From positions 5,786 to 69,785 of the forward strand of contig JBBQLD010000001.1 in NCBI GenBank assembly GCA_038327555.1: 64,000 bases of DNA, written 5' to 3'. The notes beneath the pieces were generated by a model. That model saw only the letters and a list, made by a program, of their open reading frames with translations, did no database searches and was not told the DNA's origin. Position 1 is the stretch's first letter, and each line of letters begins with the position of its first letter. Shown here piece by piece: positions 18,492 through 28,212 of this stretch. The position numbers and the translations under genes are program-made. This DNA comes from Chitinophagales bacterium. GTDB taxonomy: Bacteria > Bacteroidota > Bacteroidia > Chitinophagales > Saprospiraceae.

Positions 18492-21400
18492 TTGGATATG
18501 AAAAATCAACACCTAACGCTATTATTATTGCTCGGTTCCTTCGGACTGTATGCTCAAAATTCGTTCACTGTCGAGCGCTCTTTGCTCTGGGCAAACTCTG
18601 CCACAGAATACATTCTCGCAGACGGCTCGCCCTTCGAAGTATGGAAGTTTAAGGGTTGTTCGTTTGGCGATGACGCACGCTCACTTCCTATTTTTTCCGA
18701 GCGATTTTCGCTTGTTGGAAATTCTGAAATTGAGGTGGAAATAGTATCCATACAATGGGAATCCTTCCCTAAAAAGCCTTCTAGCGATGACACTTTTCTT
18801 ACTAATGATTTAATAATCAATACTTTAGTCGAACATGAGCGTAGTCAATACTTTGGGCGTATCAAGATGGTGCCTGTTCGAAAAATTGGTTCCGGATTTG
18901 AGCGAGCAACAAGTTTTACCCTAAATATACGTACCAGGCTGTTACCTGTTCCGCCAATTTCGGCTTCAGATAGAGATGGCTTTACCTATACTTCAGTGCT
19001 CAATTCTGGAGATATTTACAAATTTGGAGTCAGTCAAAACAGCATTTATAAACTTGATTATGCCTTCTTGAAAAACGAATTGGGCATCAGTAATCTCGAT
19101 AATATTGATCCTCGAAGTATCCGGCTTTATGGGAATGGTGGAGCCATGCTTCCAGAAAAAAATAGTGATACTCGTCCTGATGATCTGCTTGAAAATTCAA
19201 TTCAAGTCGTGGGTGAGCAAGATGGAAAATTTGATGCAGGAGACTATATTCTTTTTTATGCTGTAGGCCCGCGTCCTTGGGTTCACCGCCCACATGCTAC
19301 TGACCCTCAACTTACCGTTCGCCTTAATTTGTACGACCTCCAAGCTTGGTATTTCATCAAAACTGGTGATGGTAATGGCCTTCGAATATCCGAAAAAGCA
19401 AGCGTTGGTGCTTCTTATATTACTGAAGAATTCGATGATTATCAACGGCTTGAAGAAGAAAAAAACAATCTTTTGAACTTTAATTCTTCTTCTCAAGGTT
19501 CGGGTAAGCGCTGGTTTGGTGATTATTTTTACCAGGCACGACAGCAGGAATATAATTTCAACTTTCCAAACCTCGTACCAGGTAGTACCGCTCGAGTACG
19601 CAGTGAATTTGCTGGCCGTAGCAGCGTAAGTCAATCTGTTCGCATGGAAATTGCTGGAAGTACTTTTGCAAAAACCATTTCCGGGGTTTCTGTTTCGAAT
19701 AATGACGCAAGTTTTGCATCCAATGCAATTTTAGGTGGCAATATTCAACCTACATCAGATGCCCTTAAAGCGAAGATTATTTACCCAGAGGTTGGGGCAC
19801 AAAGCGAGGGCTGGCTCGATTATATTGAAATAAATGCTCGCCGTCGCTTAGCTATGTCCGGGCCAATTCTGGAATTCCGTGACTTGAAAACCCTCACTCA
19901 AGTATCTTCCACGTTCCGGCTTACTGGTGCAAGCGGCAACACAACGATATGGGATGTAACCAACCCACAAACACCTTTTCTTCAGCAAAAAAGCCAAAAT
20001 GGTGGCGTTGTGGAATTTGGTGCAAACACACAGGATAAACTCAGCAATTTTGTTGCATTTACCGACGCTGCTTCTTTTCCAAAACCGGAAAAGGTAACAG
20101 GAAAAATTAGTAACCAGAATTTGCATAGTCTCGAAAATGTAGACTTTGCAATCATTTATCACCCTGATTTTCAAGCAGAAGCGGAGCGTTTTGCCGAACA
20201 CCGTCGCTCATTTTCTAATTTAGATGTAGCCACGGTAAACGTCAATCAACTCTATAACGAGTTCTCTTCCGGAGCGAAAGATCCTAGCGCTATTCGTGAT
20301 TTTTCTCGGATGCTATTGGAGCGGAATCCTCAAAAATTCGACTTTTTGCTTCTATTCGGGGATGCTTCTTTCGATCCAAAAAACAATACAAACAGCGAAG
20401 ACAATAAGGACTTTATCCCTGCTTTTGAGACGGCAGAATCGTTTAGCCCTATTGACGCCTTCCCTTCCGATGATTTCTATGGCTTACTTAGCCCTGAAGA
20501 AAGTGGTTCGCTTATAGGCGCGCTAGATTTGGCTGTCGGTCGGTTTGTCTGCAAAACCCCTGAAGAGGCTCGAAATATTGTAGACAAGATAGTTGCTTAT
20601 GATAAGGATCCTATCACCCTTGGTGATTGGCATTTACGCGCTACCTATATTGCCGACGACGAGGATGGGAATGTACACATTAATCAAGCGGACAAACTTG
20701 CCGCAGAAAACGCTGCCGCAGATTCCTGGTTCAATATTGGGAAGATCTATTTTGATGCATATCAGCAGATTGCTACCTCTGCGGGACAAAGATTTCCTGA
20801 TGCAAAAGCGGCCATCAACTCCGAAATGTTCAAAGGCATGCTTATAGCCAATTATATAGGCCATGGCGGGCCGCGCGGCTTGTCTCAGGAGCGAGTGGTT
20901 GACAATAATGATATCGCTGGCTGGGACAATCCTAACCGCTATCCACTGCTAATCACTGCTACTTGTACTTTTGGAGGGTATGATGATTACACTACTTTGA
21001 CGGGCGGAGAGCAAGCCTTTTTAAGAATAAATGCTGGCGCAATCGCTCTATTTACCACCGTCCGATCGGTCTATATTGCTGGTAATGAAGATTTAACAGA
21101 TGCGGTACAGACCTTATTGTTTCAGCGAAAAAATGGTGTTTATCGCAGTATTGGAGATGTTTTGAAAGATGGAAAAAATATTCTTTCTACCAACGACAGA
21201 AACGCCCGCCGATTTACTTTACTAGGTGATCCAACCTTGCAACTTGCTTTCCCTGAGTACCGGGTAGCTACGACCAAAGTAAACGGCAACGCGGTTGTAG
21301 CTGGTCAGCCCGACACCCTCCGCGCACTCATGCCTGTAGCGTTGGAAGGCGTCGTAACAGATACCTTGGGAAACACCCTAAATAATTTTAATGGCCGGGT

Positions 21401-22361
21401 TTTTGTGACAGTATTTGATAAAGAACAAACCCTTCAAACCCTGGGACAAGATCCTGGTAGCAATGTGAGATCCTTCAAAATACAGCGGAATATCTTGTTT
21501 AAAGGCAGTGCCAAGGTAAGTAATGGCGCGTTTAAAGTCAATTTTGTCGTGCCAAAGGATATTAACTATGCTTACGGAAATGGAAAAATTAGTTACTATG
21601 CAGAAAATGGAACACCACTTGATGCCGCTGGAGGGGATAGAAACATTGTCATTGGTGGCAATTCAGGCTTGGTAAAAGACAATACCCCGCCGATCGTCCA
21701 GGCCTTTATCAATACAGATGCTTTTGCCTTTGGTGGAATAACGGATAATAATCCAAAAGTTATGGTAAAATGTGCGGATGACTATGGTATGAATGTAACA
21801 GGAACCAGTATCGGGCACGATTTAACGGCAATATTGGATGGTAATGTGTTGGAGACTTTGGTACTCAACGAGTTTTACGAAAGTGCTCAAGGAGATGCAC
21901 GCAAAGGACAAGCGATCTATCCGTTGCGTAATCTATCCGTAGGTCGGCATACGCTTCAGGTTAAAGGTTGGGATGTAGCCAACAACCCCGGAGAAGGTTA
22001 TACCGAGTTTGTTGTAGCAGAAGATGGACAAGCAGCACTTGCACACGTTTTAAACTACCCTAACCCCTTTACGACCAACACTTATTTTCAATTTGAACAC
22101 AATCTAGCTGGGCAAATTCTTGATGTTCAGGTTAGCATATTTAGCGTATCAGGCCGATTGGTAAAAACAATTCAACAAACCGTCACAAATAATGATGGTT
22201 TTCGTGTGTCATCTGATATTTCGTGGGATGGGAATGATGAATATGGCGACCCGCTCGCTAGAGGTGTGTACCTTTATCGGGTGAAAGTACGCGGTACGGA
22301 TGTTTCCGGAGCAAATAGTACAGCCCAAAGCGATTTTGAAAAACTAGTCATTTTAAAATAG
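18492..22361 (+). CDS. porU: type IX secretion system C-terminal signal peptidase/sortase PorU (C25 gingipain-like)
   Basis: 1289 aa with a signal peptide. C25-like core with IANYIGHGGPRG (His) and LLITATCTFGGYD (Cys). C-terminal T9SS CTD-like LNYPNPFTTNTYFQFEH...GVYLYRVKV. Confidence 0.88.
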   Translation: MDMKNQHLTLLLLLGSFGLYAQNSFTVERSLLWANSATEYILADGSPFEVWKFKGCSFGDDARSLPIFSERFSLVGNSEIEVEIVSIQWESFPKKPSSDDTFLTNDLIINTLVEHERSQYFGRIKMVPVRKIGSGFERATSFTLNIRTRLLPVPPISASDRDGFTYTSVLNSGDIYKFGVSQNSIYKLDYAFLKNELGISNLDNIDPRSIRLYGNGGAMLPEKNSDTRPDDLLENSIQVVGEQDGKFDAGDYILFYAVGPRPWVHRPHATDPQLTVRLNLYDLQAWYFIKTGDGNGLRISEKASVGASYITEEFDDYQRLEEEKNNLLNFNSSSQGSGKRWFGDYFYQARQQEYNFNFPNLVPGSTARVRSEFAGRSSVSQSVRMEIAGSTFAKTISGVSVSNNDASFASNAILGGNIQPTSDALKAKIIYPEVGAQSEGWLDYIEINARRRLAMSGPILEFRDLKTLTQVSSTFRLTGASGNTTIWDVTNPQTPFLQQKSQNGGVVEFGANTQDKLSNFVAFTDAASFPKPEKVTGKISNQNLHSLENVDFAIIYHPDFQAEAERFAEHRRSFSNLDVATVNVNQLYNEFSSGAKDPSAIRDFSRMLLERNPQKFDFLLLFGDASFDPKNNTNSEDNKDFIPAFETAESFSPIDAFPSDDFYGLLSPEESGSLIGALDLAVGRFVCKTPEEARNIVDKIVAYDKDPITLGDWHLRATYIADDEDGNVHINQADKLAAENAAADSWFNIGKIYFDAYQQIATSAGQRFPDAKAAINSEMFKGMLIANYIGHGGPRGLSQERVVDNNDIAGWDNPNRYPLLITATCTFGGYDDYTTLTGGEQAFLRINAGAIALFTTVRSVYIAGNEDLTDAVQTLLFQRKNGVYRSIGDVLKDGKNILSTNDRNARRFTLLGDPTLQLAFPEYRVATTKVNGNAVVAGQPDTLRALMPVALEGVVTDTLGNTLNNFNGRVFVTVFDKEQTLQTLGQDPGSNVRSFKIQRNILFKGSAKVSNGAFKVNFVVPKDINYAYGNGKISYYAENGTPLDAAGGDRNIVIGGNSGLVKDNTPPIVQAFINTDAFAFGGITDNNPKVMVKCADDYGMNVTGTSIGHDLTAILDGNVLETLVLNEFYESAQGDARKGQAIYPLRNLSVGRHTLQVKGWDVANNPGEGYTEFVVAEDGQAALAHVLNYPNPFTTNTYFQFEHNLAGQILDVQVSIFSVSGRLVKTIQQTVTNNDGFRVSSDISWDGNDEYGDPLARGVYLYRVKVRGTDVSGANSTAQSDFEKLVILK

Positions 22362-22451
22362 TCTGAAGAATTATTCTGCACGTCATTAAATGCAAAATAG
22401 ATTGTAGGATTTAGCACCAAAACATTACAACTAAAATTCACTTGCTTTATC

Positions 22452-23660
22452 ATGAATAAATTACTCGCACAGTCGCTGTTCGCGGCGGCATTGACCCTGA
22501 CGGGAACAGCCTTGTACGGGCAAATCGAACCCAAATGTGTCAATGGAAATAACCCAATTACTGGAGAGAGATGCGCTAACGCAGTCACTTCTGCCGTTCC
22601 ATTTCTCCGAATCGTACCAGATGCACGCGGCGGCGCTATGGGTGATGTAGGAATTGCTACCTCTGTTGATCCAAATGGAATGCACTATAACCCTTCGAAG
22701 CTAGCCTTTGCAGACAAAAATGTTTCTATTTCAGCTACCTATACGCCTTGGATGCGCAACCTGGGCCTCAACGATGTCTATCTGGCTTATCTTTCTGGCT
22801 ATTATCGTTTGGATAAATTTCAGGCTATCGGCGGAAGTCTTCGCTATTTCTCACTGGGTGATATTGAATTTACTGATGAAACTGGCCAATCCTTAGGTCA
22901 GGGCCGTCCTAATGAATTTGAATTCGCTGGCGCCTATGCCCGTAAGTTGTCTGATAAATTATCAGCAGCAGTAGGTGCAAAATTTATTTACTCCAATTTG
23001 GCAACAGGTCGCATTGTCGAGGGAAACGAAATCAAACCTGGCGTTTCTGGAGCAGCTGACATCTCCTTCACCTATAAAACACCCGTCAAAATGGGCGGTA
23101 ACAAGGGTGAATTTACTTTAGGTACTGCGATCAGCAATATTGGTTCAAAAATCACTTATACGAACTCGGTTAATCGCGACTTTATTCCAACCAATTTAGG
23201 CATTGGTGCAGGATTGAAAATTCAACTAGATGAATTTAACTCCATCACTTTTACCACTGATTTTAATAAACTGCTTGTACCAACCCCACGTCCTGATCTC
23301 GGCGATGCCGATGGCAATGGCGTAGTTGATTACAAAGACTATTCTCCAGTTCGTGGCATTTTTAAATCCTTTGGTGATGCTCCTGGTGGCTTTGCCGAGG
23401 AAATTAAAGAAATTACGCTTGGAATAGGTGCAGAATATTGGTACGATGATCAATTTGCTGTTCGTATTGGTCATTTTCGTGAACACTATTCAAAGGGCAA
23501 TCGTAAATATTTTAGCGTCGGTCTTGGCGTGAAATATAACATCTTTGGACTCAACTTTAGTTATTTGGTTCCAACCAGCAACCAACGCAATCCATTAGAC
23601 AATACCCTTCGCTTCTCTTTGGTGTTTGACTTTTCGGCATTCGAAGGCGACGACGAATAA
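22452..23660 (+). CDS. porV: type IX secretion system outer-membrane shuttle/channel protein PorV (LptO)
   Basis: 402 aa with a signal peptide. Has the conserved SAVPFLRIVPDARGGAMGDVG N-terminal motif and beta-barrel pattern, and lies directly downstream of porU as in other Bacteroidota. Confidence 0.88.
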   Translation: MNKLLAQSLFAAALTLTGTALYGQIEPKCVNGNNPITGERCANAVTSAVPFLRIVPDARGGAMGDVGIATSVDPNGMHYNPSKLAFADKNVSISATYTPWMRNLGLNDVYLAYLSGYYRLDKFQAIGGSLRYFSLGDIEFTDETGQSLGQGRPNEFEFAGAYARKLSDKLSAAVGAKFIYSNLATGRIVEGNEIKPGVSGAADISFTYKTPVKMGGNKGEFTLGTAISNIGSKITYTNSVNRDFIPTNLGIGAGLKIQLDEFNSITFTTDFNKLLVPTPRPDLGDADGNGVVDYKDYSPVRGIFKSFGDAPGGFAEEIKEITLGIGAEYWYDDQFAVRIGHFREHYSKGNRKYFSVGLGVKYNIFGLNFSYLVPTSNQRNPLDNTLRFSLVFDFSAFEGDDE

Positions 23661-23686
23661 TAGGGCAGAATACGATTCGTTTAAAA

Positions 23687-23720
23687 GGCGAGCCACTCCA
23701 TGAGCGGCTCGCCTTTTTTT
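23687..23720 (+). terminator. rho-independent terminator after porV
   Basis: ggcgagcc ... ggctcgcc stem followed by seven T. Confidence 0.75.
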
Positions 23721-23743
23721 ATCAAACTTTCCTTCCTTTGTAA

Positions 23744-25366
23744 ATGAAACCAACACTCCCAATTTTCTTTTTTTTGCTTTCCAATTTATGCTTTTCTCAA
23801 ACGTATAATTATTTCGTTTTGGAAAAACTCCCACCTTCAATCAACTCGACTTATGATGAAATAACACCCGTCCCAAGTAGAGATGGGCGTACCCTATATT
23901 TCACCCGCGTAGGATTTCCTGATTACAACCGTACGCTCTTAATAGATAGTGTGGATATGGCTATTAAGCTTTCTCCAGAGAAATACCCGACTTCACTGGG
24001 TGAGGTATTTTCCCAAATTGCTGGCAAACCCATTTACATTCCTGAGCGCTCCGCTTTTAACCAGGACATTTGGATTGCAAAAGGAGACTCGTTTGATCTT
24101 TCAAAGACCTATCACCCTGGCTACCCTTTAAACAATGCCTTGCCCAATAGCATGGTGACTATCACACCAGACCCCAACGCATTTTATGTCATCAACCAGT
24201 TTGAGCGAAACGGAAATATGGATCGAGGTTTTTCGCTGGTACGCCGTACTGATGATAGTATTGGTTGGAGTTTTCCAAAGCCCGTGGAGATTACAGATTA
24301 TTACACCATCACCTCAGACGTAAGTTTGACGATGAGTTTTGATGGAAAAATTCTGATCCTTTCGGCCATTCGTTCTGATTCACGAGACATGGATTTGTAT
24401 GTGTGTTTCCGCCAGGGAGAAAACAAATGGGGTGCTCCACAGCATCTTGGCAATATCATAAACTCTGATCGCAGAGAGACCACCCCGTTTCTTTCTGAGG
24501 ATAATGAGACCTTGTTTTTCTCTTCTGCCCGAAGCGGTGGTGCCGGAGGAAATGATCTGTACACTTCACGCCGTTTGGATGAAACCTGGAAAAACTGGTC
24601 TTCACCCGCGCTCCTATTTGAGCCCATGAATTCAAAGTACGATGAAAGCCAGCCCTATTTCAACATGACCTCAGGATTCCTTTATTTCATATCCAAGCGT
24701 GAAGGAAATAGCGATATCTATCGCGTTCGGATAGCGCCTCCTCAGGAGACAGAACTTGAGGTTATTGGAAGAGTGTTGAATAGTAAAACCCGAGAATTAG
24801 TAAAAAACACCCGGGTGTACTATGGTGCATCTGGAGATCCGCACAATGTATTGCAGGCGCTCGATGGTACATTCCGTTTAAAAATTCCTAGAGGGGTGAA
24901 GTTTGATCTCATTCCAGAGAAGGGTGGTTTTTCAGGGCAAACAGAAGAATTTCTATATCGCCGGGACTATATCTTTTTTAGAGAACAGTATGTCGAGTTG
25001 TTCCTCGACCCTTTGGAGGTGAATTCCAAAATTGAACTTCGCCCTATATTCTTTCAACAATCTAAGGCTGTTATTCTGGAGGAGTCTTATGGGGAGTTAG
25101 AACGCCTGGCAACTCTGCTTCAAGAATCCCCTTCTATTCATATTCGTATAGAAGGGCACACCGATAATATTGGCAAAGCTGAAGACCTGTACAAACTTTC
25201 GGAAGAACGAGCTGAAGCACTAAGAACTTTTTTGATCCAAAAAGGTTGCGCGTCCTTCAGGATTGAAACCCTGGGGCAAGGGCCAAAATTCCCAATCAAC
25301 GACAACAACTCCGAAGAACTCCGCTCAAAGAATCGTCGAGTTGAAATCATTGTTACCAAGATTTAA
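23744..25366 (+). CDS. OmpA-family protein with TolB-like beta-propeller repeats
   Basis: 540 aa with a signal peptide. Repeated WD40-like PD40 segments (ETTPFLSEDNETLFFSS, ESQPYFNMTSGFLYFIS). C-terminal OmpA domain IEGHTDNIG...SEERAEAL...NRRVEI. Confidence 0.8.
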   Translation: MKPTLPIFFFLLSNLCFSQTYNYFVLEKLPPSINSTYDEITPVPSRDGRTLYFTRVGFPDYNRTLLIDSVDMAIKLSPEKYPTSLGEVFSQIAGKPIYIPERSAFNQDIWIAKGDSFDLSKTYHPGYPLNNALPNSMVTITPDPNAFYVINQFERNGNMDRGFSLVRRTDDSIGWSFPKPVEITDYYTITSDVSLTMSFDGKILILSAIRSDSRDMDLYVCFRQGENKWGAPQHLGNIINSDRRETTPFLSEDNETLFFSSARSGGAGGNDLYTSRRLDETWKNWSSPALLFEPMNSKYDESQPYFNMTSGFLYFISKREGNSDIYRVRIAPPQETELEVIGRVLNSKTRELVKNTRVYYGASGDPHNVLQALDGTFRLKIPRGVKFDLIPEKGGFSGQTEEFLYRRDYIFFREQYVELFLDPLEVNSKIELRPIFFQQSKAVILEESYGELERLATLLQESPSIHIRIEGHTDNIGKAEDLYKLSEERAEALRTFLIQKGCASFRIETLGQGPKFPINDNNSEELRSKNRRVEIIVTKI

Positions 25367-25367
25367 T

Positions 25368-25447
25368 TTGTTCCACGTGGAACAAGTTGGTGTACGCAGA
25401 AAACCTTTAGTGTTCCACGTGGAACACTAAAGGTTTTCTGCGTACAC
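25368..25447. terminator. double palindrome (18-bp plus 58-bp perfect), both centred on GTTCCACGTGGAAC
   Basis: ttgttccacgtggaacaa (25368-25385). Then gtgtacgcagaaaacctttagtgttccac/gtggaacactaaaggttttctgcgtacac (25390-25447), a perfect 29+29 palindrome. Confidence 0.8.
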
Positions 25448-25536
25448 ATGGAGTATCCAAAATGCCCCAACCTCATCTGGTTTAGCTCTACCAAAGCATT
25501 CCGTTTACATATCTTTGCTTTAGATAAAAACAAGCA

Positions 25537-26973
25537 ATGCATACCATTAATAATTTTATCAACGGGGAATACGTTCCTCCCAAGGCCGGATTATACCTCG
25601 ACAACTTCAATCCTGCCACCGGTTTAATATCCGGCAAACTTCCTAACTCAACTTCTGAAGATATAGAAACAGCATTAGCCGCGGCGACTGCGGCTTTTCC
25701 TGCTTGGGCGAATACTCCACTTGAACACAAACAAGAAGTGCTTCTTGCTATTGCACAGGGGATCCTGCAAAACTTGGATGCCCTGGCTGAAGCAGAAAGT
25801 GCTGATTCTGGCAAGACCATTACAACAGCTCGTACGGTAGATATCCCAAGAGCAGCACTTAATTTTAAATTCTTCGCCACAGCCTTATTGCACTTTGCTT
25901 CCGAAAGCCATCATGCACCAGGCTCTTTGAGTTATACCCTGCGCCAACCTATTGGGGTAGTGGGTTGTATTTCTCCCTGGAATTTACCACTCTATCTCTT
26001 TACCTGGAAAATTGCGCCAGCTTTGGCAGCGGGAAATTGTGTGATCGGAAAGCCTTCTGAGGTTACCCCGCTTACTGCTTCATTATTGGGCAATATCTGT
26101 AATGCCGCCGGACTTCCTCCCGGAGTTCTAAATATTGTGCACGGCTTAGGACCAAGCGTGGGCGAAGCTATTGTCCAACACCCTAAAATCAAGGCCATAT
26201 CTTTTACGGGCAGCACAAGGGCTGGAGCAGAAATTGCGCGCATAGCATCACCCATGTTCAAAAAACTAAGCCTTGAACTAGGGGGCAAAAACCCAAATCT
26301 AATTTTCGCTGACTGTGATTATGAAAAAATGTTGGACACCACCGTTCGATCTTCATTCAACAATCAAGGTCAGATATGTCTTTGCGGATCTAGGATTTAT
26401 GTAGAAAAAAGCATTTACCCTAGGTTCAAAAAGGACTTCGTCGAACGAGTGAAAAACTTAAGCGTTGGAAACCCAAGCGACCCAGCTAATAATTTAGGCG
26501 CAGTCGTGTCAAAAATACATTTCGAAAAAGTACTGAGTTGTATCGAGTTAGCTAAGTCGGAAGGAGGGCAAATTCTTGCCGGTGGAACCGCACTAGAAAT
26601 AGCCCCTCCCTTTGATAAAGGTTGGTACATTGCTCCAACAATAATCGAAGGTTTGTCCTCCGAATGTCGCACCAACCAGGAAGAAATTTTTGGCCCAGTG
26701 GTTACGCTCCAACCCTTTGATCAGGATTCCGATGCACTTGAAATGGCAAACTCCTCACTTTATGGTCTGAGCGCAACGGTCTGGACGAATAACTTACAGC
26801 GAGCTCACTATTTCGCAGCCAATTTGCAAGTGGGTATTGTTTGGGTAAATACCTGGATGCTGCGTGATTTGCGTACTCCCTTTGGTGGAGTGAAAAACTC
26901 AGGGGTTGGTAGGGAAGGAGGCTGGGAGGCTTTACGATTTTTCACGGAGGCCAAGAATGTAACTTTTGGATAA
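25537..26973 (+). CDS. NAD(P)-dependent aldehyde dehydrogenase
   Basis: 478 aa. ELGGKNP and catalytic-Cys region GQICLCGSR, plus FTGST and GVVGCISPWNLPL motifs. Confidence 0.9.
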   Translation: MHTINNFINGEYVPPKAGLYLDNFNPATGLISGKLPNSTSEDIETALAAATAAFPAWANTPLEHKQEVLLAIAQGILQNLDALAEAESADSGKTITTARTVDIPRAALNFKFFATALLHFASESHHAPGSLSYTLRQPIGVVGCISPWNLPLYLFTWKIAPALAAGNCVIGKPSEVTPLTASLLGNICNAAGLPPGVLNIVHGLGPSVGEAIVQHPKIKAISFTGSTRAGAEIARIASPMFKKLSLELGGKNPNLIFADCDYEKMLDTTVRSSFNNQGQICLCGSRIYVEKSIYPRFKKDFVERVKNLSVGNPSDPANNLGAVVSKIHFEKVLSCIELAKSEGGQILAGGTALEIAPPFDKGWYIAPTIIEGLSSECRTNQEEIFGPVVTLQPFDQDSDALEMANSSLYGLSATVWTNNLQRAHYFAANLQVGIVWVNTWMLRDLRTPFGGVKNSGVGREGGWEALRFFTEAKNVTFG

Positions 26974-27057
26974 CTGCCAAAATGTCTATGGCACAATTAT
27001 CGCTCAGGTACTTTGAATGTCACCGATGCCCGACGTTTTTACCCAAACTCAGTTATC

Positions 27058-28095
27058 ATGTTAGATTTCCTTGCTTCGGAAGAGGTCTCTTTAACACCTT
27101 CTTCTGCCATTAGAACTGCTGCCGATTTGGACAGTGCTTTGCTGGATACTTATTCCAAAACCGTGGCCGGTGTAGCACGGCAAGTGAGTGGCGCCGTGGT
27201 TCATTTAAAAATTCAAAAACCTGAGCACCCACAAAGCAGACAAAGAAACCCTCAAAACGGAAATGGTCAAAACACTGGATCCGGTAGTGGTTTTATCATT
27301 AGTACAGATGGCTTTGTCGTAACTAATAGTCATGTGGTAAATGGCGCAACGCATATTGAAGCCAGCCTTCCCGATGGCCGTAGTTTTCATGCCCGAACCG
27401 TTGGGGATGACCCAGCCACAGATATTGCTGTCGTAAAAATAGATGCGGATAATTTGATCCCGACTTATTTTGGCGACAGCAATACCCTACAAGTCGGGCA
27501 GATTGCCATTGCCATTGGCAACCCTTTTGGTTTTCAATACTCGGTAACTGCCGGTGTGGTAAGCGCACTAGGTCGAACCCTGCGTACCCAAACAGGACGA
27601 TTAATTGACGATGTTATTCAAACAGATGCAGCACTTAATCCAGGCAATTCAGGCGGTCCATTGGTCGATTCGTTTGGTCAAGTTATTGGTGTGAACACCG
27701 CAGTCATATTACCCGGACAAGGTTTGTGTTTTGCTGTGGCATCCAATCTGGCAAAGTTTATAGTAGGTAAATTGATTCTGGAAGGACGTGTGCGAAGAGG
27801 GATGTTGGGCATTGGAGCCCAAGCGGTTCCTTTACCCGCAAAATGGCTTAACGCTTTAGAGATCAATACCAAAGGGGGCATTCAAGTTCAAAGCGTCGAG
27901 TCTTCAGGTCCTGCTGATAAAGCTGGCATACGAGCAGGCGACATCATTGTTCAGTTTGAAGGCAAACCCGTTGATTCTATTGACACGCTTCATAAAGTAC
28001 TAGATGAAGCTTCCATAGGTAGGAGCATAAGTCTTTGGGTATTGCGCGATGGAAATCTAAAAAGTCTCTCGGCTGTACCCGCCGAGATGCGCTAA
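27058..28095 (+). CDS. S1C (HtrA/DegP-like) serine protease with PDZ domain
   Basis: ATG at 27058. GSGFIIS..VVTNSHV (His), DIAVVKI (Asp) and GNSGGPL (Ser) motifs. C-terminal PDZ (GIQVQSVESSGPADKAGIRAGDII). No obvious signal peptide. Confidence 0.8.
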   Translation: MLDFLASEEVSLTPSSAIRTAADLDSALLDTYSKTVAGVARQVSGAVVHLKIQKPEHPQSRQRNPQNGNGQNTGSGSGFIISTDGFVVTNSHVVNGATHIEASLPDGRSFHARTVGDDPATDIAVVKIDADNLIPTYFGDSNTLQVGQIAIAIGNPFGFQYSVTAGVVSALGRTLRTQTGRLIDDVIQTDAALNPGNSGGPLVDSFGQVIGVNTAVILPGQGLCFAVASNLAKFIVGKLILEGRVRRGMLGIGAQAVPLPAKWLNALEINTKGGIQVQSVESSGPADKAGIRAGDIIVQFEGKPVDSIDTLHKVLDEASIGRSISLWVLRDGNLKSLSAVPAEMR

Positions 28096-28128
28096 TAAAT
28101 TTTCACCTCTTTTCCTGGTGTGTACTTT

Positions 28129-28167
28129 GAAACGGGTAAATAATAACTTGTTATTTGCCCGTTCCTA
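28129..28167. repeat. palindromic element of the TTAGGAACGGGYAAATAA family (probable terminator)
   Basis: gaaacgggtaaataa-taacttg-ttatttgcccgttcctaa, immediately after the protease gene. Confidence 0.8.
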
Positions 28168-28212
28168 ATTGAATATATTTGAGGCAATTTCAAACACAAT
28201 AATTTTTTGAGA

